A program made the translations under genes and the position numbers. Positions 10,001 through 22,000 of a stretch of DNA of 27,793 bases are shown piece by piece. The DNA comes from a virus (Duplodnaviria > Caudoviricetes). Location: the IMG/VR virus record IMGVR_UViG_3300043409_002847, positions 1 to 27,793 of that record; one strand, given 5' to 3'. The stretch's first letter is position 1; each line of letters opens with the position of its first letter. The notes beneath the pieces are model-generated. The model was not told where the DNA came from and made no database searches. It was given only the letters and a program-made list of their open reading frames with translations.

Positions 10001-13000
10001 CAATTGATGGGGTCACATTACAACCATATGATCGTGTGTTGTTGTGGAAGCAAACCCTCGCACAACAAAATGGTATCTATTATTACATCAGTGGTAGACT
10101 GGAACGCAGTGATGATGTCAACTCAGTAACTGAACTAAGCACTGACTTCTATGTATATGCTTCTGCAGGCACAGTTAACCGTAACACTTGGTTTAGATAT
10201 GTGGTTAATTTAAACACTGTGCAACTGGGAACAACTCCGCTGAGTTTTGAAACGGTGTTAGCCCGGGGACCAGTTATTTCACTGACAGAATATGCTACTG
10301 CACTCGCGGGCGATTGTGTGGTTGTGACCTCAGCTGATGCCAACAATCGTGGCACCAACTGGTACTGGAATGCGTCAACCAAATACTGGACACTGAGCAG
10401 TCAGCAAAAAACTCAGGTGCAACAAGCTCCTAAATTTGATGTATTTGATTACAATGGCGTCAGCTATGCTGATTCCAGAGTTTATGATCTCAGTTCCTTT
10501 GCTGGCAGCACACTGATTGAATATCAGCGAAATTCCAGCGTTGCATCTGACCCAGTGCTGGAATTTGGATTAACTTACCGCAATATAGCCAATGTGGGTG
10601 ATATCACATTCCTGAATACATATGAATCTGACACATTTACTCATCAGATTAATAACAACCCTGTGCAGATCGCAATTAATCAGGGCGTAGCCCGCAGAAC
10701 TGATGATATAACCGGTGCTGCCAGTGAGTTTAGCCCATGGCAACAAGCACTAACTAATTTGGAACTGTATCAGAATATATCAGCAACTGGTTCCAGAACT
10801 ATTCAGGTAAGCTGCACACTGTTAAATAAGACCACAGCCAACAACACCCTGGTGTTCGTGGATGGCCACCAGCTTAGTCCAGACAACTTCACAGTGCAGG
10901 TGGTGAGTAACACAGTGTTGTTCACCATTGGCAACGCTGTGACTGTTAACACTGACAGCACAGTACTGGTAAAATTAATCGCAGCCACACCCATTGTGGG
11001 AGCATATTATGATGTTCCTGCCGCATATGATATCAATCCCTACAATCAGCGTCCAGTGTCATTTACCCACAATGATATCAAACAACATACTGATGCCATG
11101 CATTACCAGCACGGTCACGGTATAAGCCCAGCTGACACTGAAAATAGTCTGGACGATCCTAACCACCAGGGTAAACCTGGATTAATTATGTTGCATGAGG
11201 GGTTCAGCGTACTCAGCACACTGATGCTTACTGATAACCGATACAATATTGATCGTGCGCTGAAGAATGCTGCTGCTGACTATGAATTATTTAAGCTGAA
11301 ATTCCTGCAAGCTGGAGATCAGGTAGAGAACATCGTGAATCTCAGTGCTCGACATGGTGTAGATCAGATCTTTGCAGTGTTGGCAGCTAATCACAATTCC
11401 AGTTCTGCATGGTATACCAGTGACATGGTTCCACTGGGTGGCACGGTCGTCAGGTATACGGTGGATGACCCACAACAACAATATTATGACATTTCTCGAC
11501 AACTGGATCAGGTTGCCAGTAATCAGGCAGTGCTGGTCTATCTCAACGGTCAACAACTGGTACGCGGTGAAGATTACGAAGTATTTACTGGTCGACCAGC
11601 AGTAGAGATCATGCTGGTTGTCAGAGTGGGCGACCTGATTGAAATTGTTGAATACACTAATACCGATGGTTGTTATATGCCAGCAACTCCAGCTAAACTG
11701 GGCTTGGGCGCAGCTTATGTGCCCAGTATGTACACTGATGATACCTATCAGGAATCAGTGCTGGTTATACAAGGCCACGATGGCAGCATTACTCGTGCAT
11801 TCACTGATTATCGTGATACATTGCTGATGGAACTGGAACTGAGAATCTACAATAACATCAAAGTAAATTCTGAGTTATGGAATCAGGTAATAGAAAATCG
11901 TGTGCCCTCAGCAGGCCGCTTCAGAGAACTCAACGGACTGGCAACATACAGCATGATCGAACAAGCATCCATTCAGCGCAAGTTCTTTTATGAATGGGTT
12001 GCTGAAAATCATGTGAATTTCCGCACATCAGTGTATGAGCAGAACAAAGCATTCACCTACAACTACAATAACAGCACTGACAAGATCACAGGTGATCCGT
12101 TGCTGGGTTACTGGCGTGGTAGTTATCGTGACTTTTATGACACTGATCGTCCACATACTCATCCCTGGGAGGTACTGGGCTTGAGCGTCCGGCCCACTTG
12201 GTGGCTAAGCACTTATGGCCCAGCACCCTATACTGGAGAGAATCTTATCCTGTGGCAGGATCTGACCAACGGTGTGCTGGGGCACACTGGCAAAGTCAGC
12301 GCCACTGGCTACCGAACCACCAATGTGTATAATACATCACGCACTGCTCAGCTGAGTTTGCTGGATGTGATACCAGTATCATCCAGTGGTGAGTTGTTAG
12401 ATCCCAATGTGAGTTTAACAGCTATTCTGGAAACTCAGACTCTGCGTGCTGGCTTTACTTTTAATGATGGCGGACCAGCTGAAACAGCATGGAGACACAG
12501 CAGCACGTTCCCGTTCGCTCAGTTACGCACCAAGATCTTACAGAATCCTCAGTTTATGCTGGGTACACTGTGGGATCTGGATAATTATTGCCCGCATGTG
12601 CGTCACAACACCACACCCACTGTGGCTGGAATGTTTGATGGATTTAAATATCTGGTTACACAGATCCCCAGCATTGCTGATGTTGAGTTACACAATGTGG
12701 ATACTGATGCTGCTGGCATCACAGTGCGCAAACACAGTATGCTGAACTATATTGTGGAATATCTAACTAATCAGGGTGATACTGCCGCACTGTTCAAGAA
12801 ATACATCACCCACAGTACTGTGAACTTGGTTTACAATTTGGCTGGGTTTGCTGATAAAGGCAACCTCACAGTGTATGCTGAGCAGAACAGTCCACAGACT
12901 ATTCAGCAGACTGTCAAAGTACCTGCAGAAGACTATAGTTTATTACTGAGTCAGAGTACTCCAGTGGGACAAGTGACCTACAGTGGAGTTATCATCACAC

Positions 13001-16000
13001 AAAGCGTTAATGGTTACAAAGTAACTGGCTATGACCAGGAATATCCATTTTTTATTATCAGTCCCAGCAATCCCACTGGTAAAACCACCAGCATTACGGT
13101 GGGCAGCCAGAGTTTTACGGTGTATCAGGAAAATGCTGAACAATCCATTTATGTTCCATACGGATTTGAATTTAGTAATCGTCAGACTGTGGTGGACTTC
13201 CTGGTCAGTTACGGCGCATATCTGCAACGTCTGGGTTTCTTGTTTGAAACTGATACCGCCACTGACCGAGTTAACTGGGTAGATGCAGCGGTACAGTTTG
13301 TAAAATGGAGCTATTATGACTGGGCACCCAATCAGGGCGTGAATCGCATCAGCCTGGTACTCAACCCCAGCAGCGGTGTTCTAAAATTCCAACCAGTGGC
13401 TGGCACTCTGGACAGTTTGCTTAATCCTGGGTCACTGTTGCTGGATGAAAATCAGTATCAGATTGATACCAGATACCTGGATGTGCTGCGTGATTCTGAT
13501 GTTACCTACATCAACCATCAGTTGCCATTGGGTGTGATCAGTGCGCTGAGAGCCAACTTAATAAACTTTGAACACAAACTGATACTGAATAATCGCACAG
13601 TATTCAATGACCTGATCTATAACCCAGCATTGGGTACCAGGCAAAACCGCTTGAGAATCACTGGACTGAAATCTGGAGATTGGAATGGCACGTTGGCCAG
13701 TGCTGGTTTCATGATGATGCTGAGTGATGTGGCTGACTGGCAACCCAATACTGACTACCTGCGTGGCAGCATTGTACGGTATAAGAATCAGAACTGGACT
13801 GCGCTCACTGCGGTGATTGGCGCTAGTAAATTCCAGCAGAATAACTTCAGTGTCACTGACACTGTGTTTCAGGATCAGCTGATGCCCAGTATTGGCGCTA
13901 AAGCACTGGATCTGGAACATGCGTATGATCCATATTACCACAACAGCATACCCGACATGGTGCGTCTGAGATGTGACGCACTGGGATATGTGGAACGTAC
14001 TTGGCTGGCCAACCTGGGGCTGGACTTGCTGAATCAGACTGAATTCTATCGTGGCTGGATCAAGCAAAAAGGCACGCCACAGGCAATAACTAATTTTACA
14101 TCAGCTGGCACCACTGACCTATTGGCTGACTTTGCTGTGTTTGAAGAATATGCCATCAAGATGGGTGAGTACGGCGCAACTGGACGCACTGGATATGTGG
14201 ACGTACAACTCAATAGCACCGTGGCGGTCAATAACCCCGTGGCAGTGGAGTTTGCGGTTGGCAGCAGTGATACCAATATTATCAGAGTTTCAGACAGTGT
14301 GTTGTACAAGAAACCACTGGGATGGAATGCTAACTTCATACAGACACTGGATGCTGGTAATCTCAATGATTCAGAATCACCATTCCTGTCAGCTGGCCCA
14401 GTATTGCCCAGTGACATCTACGACTTTGCCCGCAGCAATACACTGCAATACAACAGTACATTGCAGAACTTGCTGACATTTCCCAGCAAACTCAGCATGA
14501 CCACAGAAACCGACACTGGTAACCTGTTGCGCAATGTTAGAAATCAAAATTGGTTCTGGATTGCAGTGGATGAAGTCAGCTCAGCTGAAAACAAATACAA
14601 TGTGATTACTTGGAAACTGTCTGCTGCGTATATCAAACAAGTGGTGCTGAACACAGTGCAGAATACCATAGATTTATACCTAAGTTCTGGCGTGGACGCA
14701 TATGTGGGCGATATTGTGGCTGTGGATATCACCCAAGCACAGGGTGTGTTCACTGTGAATGATTATCAGGTACAACCCAGTGGTGATTATTACAGTGTTC
14801 TGAGTTTGCAGGTAACTGACGTCACCCAGTATACATTTGACAATATCACCTACACTGATGTCACTGCCCCACGGGGCATTTACACGTACACAAGTTTACG
14901 GCACAATGATATTGGCAGTGCCATACTGGATTCACAAGTTAATAGACTCCGGCTGCCAGTACTGACTCGGGCTTATGTGGACTATGACACCACAGGATTT
15001 GCTGTGTTTGATTTCCGCGAACCCTATGTCACTGGTCAGGCAACTTTACCAGCGGGCTCAGCGGTAACCACTAGTATTGCACAGGATGAAGCTACCAAAC
15101 TGCTGTGGTTAGGTCAGGCCACAGCCAACCAAGTGACACTGAAAACCATGGAATCAGCCCGACTCAGTGCTGGTGATGTCGCTGGGTTGGGCACGGTGGT
15201 ACACACTTTCGCCGCCACTGGCAATACTACCTCACTGGGCTCACAGGTTGTGAATCTTACCTCGGGCCTGGCAGTTGCTACGGCGACCGACAGCAGCAAC
15301 AGCGGTCAGTTATATATTCTAAAATATACACCCACGGTTGCTGCTGTCAGTCAGACATTTTATGGCGCCAGCGGTTCATATCTGGGATCCAGTGTAAGCG
15401 CCAGTGCTGATGGTGTGTGGTTGGCTGCTGGTGCTCCTACACCCAGTGGTGTAGGTAGTGTGCGGGTTTACCAACGAGTTAGCTCTGTGTACAGTTTGGT
15501 ACAAACCGTCACTGATCCTGGTAATGTTACTGGTGGTAAATTTGGATCCAGTGTAAGCCTCAGCGCCGACGGTGCATTGTTGGCTGTGGGAGCTCCATCC
15601 GCTGGAGCTGGCGCTGGTAAAGTTTATACTTTCAGCAGAGCAACAACCACATTTACTCTGACTCACACTTTATCAGCCGGGGACAATGATGATCAATATG
15701 GAGCCAGTGTTGCGGTCAATGGTGACCTACTAGCCATTGCTGCGCCACAATCTTCTCAGGTCATTGGCAGTCAGACATTAAGACAGCTGGGTAAAGTGCA
15801 ATTATGGAATTATTACTCCAGTGCTTGGCATCTGATTCAGACCATTGATAACACAGATGTTTTCAGTACTGGCTTTGGTCAACAGCTCAGCTGGCTTACC
15901 ACCAAGGTATTGGCTGTGATGGAAAATAATGCTGAATTCGTACAAGCCGATCAGTTGCATCTGGAAAGCAACATTCAGTTTGACAGCGGCAGCACAGTGA

Positions 16001-19000
16001 TGTATGACAGCGCGGCACAACCTGGACAGAGATTATCACAGTATCAATTATTACGCACATCAGCATCAGTGTTGTCTGCTCAGCATGACACTATACAACT
16101 GACCCGTGTTAAAACAGTACAATACCAATCAGCAACCGGAGTTAATTTGTGCTTTGCTGGCAACCTACAACGCTTGTGGGTGGGTAATAGATTAGCAACG
16201 ACTGATGAAAACAATGTAGTGTGTTACACCAATGACAATGCATTGTCTGGCTGGACTATGCTGAGACAGCAACAGCCCACATTGGATGCTCACAGTTTGT
16301 TCAGAGCATGGATTTATAATAGTCGTACTCAGCAGAAAATAGTGGATCTGGATGTGGTGGATCTGGCTCAGGGGTTATTGCCCGGAGTGATAGCTCAGCA
16401 TATTGATTATATTTCTGGCAATGACCCAGCAGTATATGGTGTTGCATTGTGGCGAGGCGGCATTACTTATGAAGTTGGCAGCCGGGTAGTTTACAACGAC
16501 ACTGTATATGTAGCTAATCAGATTCACAGTGCGGGATTCTTCAACACTGAACACTGGACAGTATTATCCACCCAGTCTCAGGTAGCCAACACTGGCAGTA
16601 TTAAATGGGGATCAGCGCAGGTGGGTCTGAATTGGTTCAGCACTCGCCAGCTGAGAACAGTAAACTATTATCAGGGCGAGTTGATGGATCGAGTGGCCAA
16701 CTACAACACATGGTTTCCTGGCACACAGATCAATATATATGAATGGACTGTCAGCACAGTACCGCCCGCAGCATACACTGGCACTGGAACCGTGGCTGCC
16801 GACGCGGCCACAGTTTACGACAGTCAGACCAGCCAGTGGTATTTCTGGGTAGCTAACAAAACTCAGCCCAGCGAAGTTCACACACTGAGCACTGCTGATA
16901 TCAGCAATGCGCTGACTTATCCCCAACTCAGTGGTTTGCCTATGATTTCACCAGCCAATACTCACGGCGTGATATTGTATAATGTGGCCAATGAAGTTAA
17001 CAATGGCGAGAATGTTCTACATATTGATTATGTGTTGGAAGATCATACCAACCGTTTACACAGCGAGTTCCTGATGCTGAGTGAAGACGGATCTGGTCAC
17101 TGGTTAACCACTCCTATTTACACCAAAATGGTGGACAGTTTGTGTGGACAATCCAACATCACCTTTGGTGGCGTTACCACTCAGCTGGAAGTTCCAGACC
17201 CTGCGCTGAATACTGAAGATCGGTATGGAGTTGCATTTAGACCACGCCAGAGTCTGTTCAGAGATCGTAACAAAGCCATCCAGATCTATTTCCAACAGAT
17301 CAACACAGCCATTGCAAGTCAGGCAGTAGCTAACTTATCCACACTGAGCTTGTTGCAACAGCGTGACCCAATGCCCACTACAGGATTTGATGCTACTGTG
17401 GTTGATCGTGAGACATTGCTGATACTGGATGTTCGTGATTATGTTAACAACACAGTAATTCTGATTCACAGTGATAGTTTAGCTACCAATTCAGGTTGGA
17501 GCCTGGTTAAATTAGTCAACGGCCAATGGGAGATGGTAACCAGTGAGTTCTACAATCTCAGTGAGTACTGGCAGTATCAGGACTGGAGCTCAGCTGACTA
17601 CACTGAAACAGTTGCTGACAACACCATTGCTCACATTGGATACTTACCCAGCATTAACTTGGTAACAGGACAGTATTTAAAAATTCTCAATAATGGCGAC
17701 AACAACGCAGCAATGTATCAGATTCAAGCAGACCAGACTCTGAATCCAGTGTGGATACAGCGTGGAACCATACAGTTTAAAACCAAGCTGTATGACACAG
17801 TGGTCACTGGCTTAGATGGCACGGCGTTTGATACTGTGGCTGGATTTGACAGTTATCCAGCATTGCCCCTGAGACTGATTCTAACTGCACTGAATCAGCA
17901 TATTCTCACTGGTGACCTAATGACAGTGGCCGACAGCGCCTTCTTTGCAGTAATGAGATTTGTACTACAGGAAAATCTCAGTGTGGATTGGTTATTCAGA
18001 ACCAGTTTTATCAATGTCAAACACCGTGTGAAGAATCTAAATCGTCAGACTAACTATCGGCAGGATGACGAACAGTTTGTGCGTGACTTTGTAAATGAAA
18101 CCAATCCTTATCACACTCGAATACGTGAATACACCAATGTGTACAGCGCAACCGACACCGCACTGACTGCCGCCAGCGACTTTGACTTGCCAGCATTGTA
18201 TGACGCAGTGTGGTATGCTGGTCAGTATCCTGGTGCATACGGCAAGCTAAACAGTGGACAAGCTAGATATTTCACAGCTGGCGTTGCACTGGCTCAAGAA
18301 AACGGATTACTATATGTGGGCAGCAATGGCATGGCAGCTCACGCTATGGGCTTATGGCCCAACACCACCGTGACATCAGCAACACCGCAACACTGGGTAT
18401 TTGCGCTGAATCAGACACCAACTGAAACAGTTACTAAATATCCAGTGCCCACCAACAACATCATTGGTGTAGCAATCAATGGTGTACCGTTCTTCAGTGT
18501 GGTGGCCGAGGAAATCGACACGCTGACCTGGGTGAATGATCCCAGTGTCACTGAAACTTATACTGTGAATATTGCGGCTGGCACCAGCTATGTTGGGCCA
18601 GACGCCAGCAATGGGTATTTGACTTCCACGGGCGCATATGTGTACCGCGCAAATCCTACGCTGCTGTATACGCTGAATTCCAGCCAGCATAGTCCATTGA
18701 TCGGATTGGCGCTGGATGGATTCCCCATTTATGGACCGTTCGGGTACAGGAGAGTTGATGGTTCTGGTGGAATCATTCAGAACACCAGCAGTTATCGACT
18801 CAGGAATGATTACAGACTCAGCACTCGGACTGTTGTCAACGGGCAAGCCTACGCCGACTATGCAGCGCCCACTGGCGAGTACATTGGCGATTGGGAATAT
18901 GTGTCAGGGCTGGGTACACTGGATGAGCATAATGGTAGATTTGTAAAAACTCCAGAATATCCCTATGGTACCTACGCATACTTTGTCACTGTGTCCACTT

Positions 19001-22000
19001 ATGATCATACTATCCCAGTGTATCCCTACATTGTGGGTTCCACATTCCAGGGTGTGCCCACTGGATTGAAATACAACTATGTGGGTGAGTCATCAGTTGC
19101 AATATATGAAAATGGCAACTATCAGATGCCCGCTGAACCAGCGCCAGTTAGCTCAGACTGGAGCTTAAGATCACCCACTGGCTTGTTCCCCAACGACGAG
19201 ATTAGATTTACTCAGGGAGTTTATGCCAACTGGAATAACCATCACACGTATAATCTCACTGGCTTAACCGTGGCTGACACTGGTCATGGTTACAGTTACA
19301 CACCCAGTGTTAATATAACTGGTGGAGGCGGGGCAGGAGCCACGGCCCGAGTCACAGTGAATCCACTGACCCAGCAGCTGAATCCCACAGTGACACTGAC
19401 CTCAGTGGGCACTGGGTACACTAGTCAGCCACTAGTGGAAGTAATTGGTGGATTTGATGTACTAACCTGGGAAAACACTGTGGTTTACAAACCAGGCGAT
19501 GTGGTACTGTATGCGGCCAATCAGGCATTCTATGAAGCAAACCAGCTGGAGACATCAGCTAATGTGGCTGGAGTGAAACACACTGTTCAAACTAAAGGAT
19601 TATTTGTTACCCTGGCGTCAGCCACTACTACTAATGATGTCAACATCACAGTGGAGTCAGCCACTGATATTCTCCTAGGCATGGTGGTGGCTGGAACTGA
19701 CATTACTGGTACTCCCACCGTGAGTTCCGTTAATACTGCGGCAAAAACTGTGACATTATCCAGTGCACAGTCGGTTACTGCTGGACAAACCTTGACATTC
19801 ACCCTGACCTCAGCTAGTGTAACATTGGACTCAGTGTCGGGTATAGTTACTAGTATGATTGTGACTGGCACGAACATTGTTGCAAATTCTTATCCCACTG
19901 TGATTACTGTGGATACGGCCAACTCCAAAGTAACATTGAGCTCAGTGCAGACTTTGGCCAGATATGATCAACTGAGCTTTGTGTCAGCAACTTATGATTC
20001 CACCAATACCACACTACCAGTGGGTAGTAATACTGGTACAGTTATAGCCAATATGCGAGTCGTGGGTCAAAATATAAGTGTAGATGCTGTTAGTAATATT
20101 GCCACTTATGGTAATGTCAACATCACAGTGGGGTCGGTAACTGGTATTGCGACAGGTATGACGGTTTCCAGTAATAATATCACTGATTTCCCCACAGTGA
20201 GTGCCATTGATACTGTGACTAAAATTCTGACATTATCCAAACCAGAGTCAGTTACTGCTGGAGAAACCCTGACATTCACGCTGGTCACCACGGTCAGTTC
20301 CACGGCTAACACCATCACCGTTTCTGGAGATCATCGTGATGTGGTTGCTAATACACAGCTGACCCTGTCCTATTTGTATGGCAATCCTGTCTCTGATACA
20401 ACAGCCTGGACTCAGCTGAGCTTAGACAATATTCTTATACCCCGCTCAGCTGTGTTGACCCCTGTGTTGACCAACTCAGTGGTGAGAAAACCCAATATCA
20501 CCATGAAGTATAATCGTTGGGCATCGGTGGATTACCCCAGCGTACTGGTAGATTCTGTACCATTCACAGACACTTATGCTGTGGTGGACGCTGCCATGAC
20601 CGATCAAGATGATACCCAGCTGGATAATGTGGTATTACAGTTGGCATTCAATACTGATACTGTAACTGAGAATATTTGGAACTATCAACACTGTGTGGCT
20701 GGCGCTAGATCAGCCAGCTTCAGCAATATAGATGGCAATCGATATCTCACCACAGCCACCACAATCTCTGGTCTGGGCATTAATGATTTTACCATTGAAT
20801 TCTGGTTCCGTATGCAGACGGTGCATAGCAAACAAGTGTTATTCAGTACTAGCGGAATAATTATCTATGTTAATGAGTTAAATCAGGTGTGTGTTAGTGA
20901 TTCCAACAGCAGCAGCAGTTTAGTATCCGGGGGCAGTGTTACCACTAATATCTGGCAACACGCTGTGGTTGAGCGCAAATACAACACTGTGAGCTTATAC
21001 CTAGATGGTTATCGCCTGGGCCAATACACCGCAGAGGGTTATCAGAATCATACCTTCAGCGGCGCCAACCTCACCCTGGGCACTGAAGTGACACCTGCAC
21101 ACACTGCCAATGCGTTCATGGATGAACTCAGAATCACGTCGGGTGTGCTGAGATATGATGCTGCTAACTATGCTGTACCACAGGGAGCATTTGGTCGTAC
21201 GGTGTTAACTGACAGTTACCTAAATCATGTAACATTACTGTATGGATTTGAAACCCTCAGTGCTGATTTACCCACTGGCGTCAACTTTGTGCCCCAGGGT
21301 GTGAGCACGGTGGTTCAGGATCGCAGCGTGAACAGTAAGCTGGTAACAGTGGTCAATCCAGCACATTTCATAGTGAACAACTCAGTGATCAGTACAGACC
21401 ACAGCGAGATCTTAGCTGCTACTTTCTACACTGGAGTATTTGGCGAAGTATTTGACGCAGGAGAACCCTTTGATGAAAAATTTGACAACATCAGTTACTC
21501 AAACGATTGTGCATACTTAGATGTTGACAGCAGTACAGACTTCAATCTAGGCACTGGTGATTTTACCATTGAGTTCTGGATGGATAATGCCTCAGACGCT
21601 GGAACCATATTCACACTGGCTGCTGGCACCACTCACAGTTTAACAGCAAGTATGTCAGATACAACTCATATACAACTGCTGGTGAAAACAGCAGCAGCCA
21701 GCACAGTGATGACTTTAACTGGCACCCTCAGCCTTGGTGCTCACTTTATTAGTGTTGAACGGTATCAGCAACGCATGATGTTGTATGTGGATGGTGTTTT
21801 GGTGGATCAAGATAATCAGGCTGATTATAGTTTCGGTACCAGCACCAACACAGTACCGTTGATGATCAGTGCGGTGTCAGCAGGGTTCGCTGGCAAGCTG
21901 GGTGACTTCAGAGTAACTGCAGGACTTGCGCGGCATTCTCCAGTAGGCAACTTTGATACCCAAATACACAGTGACTTCACTGACACCGCACTGGGTATAA

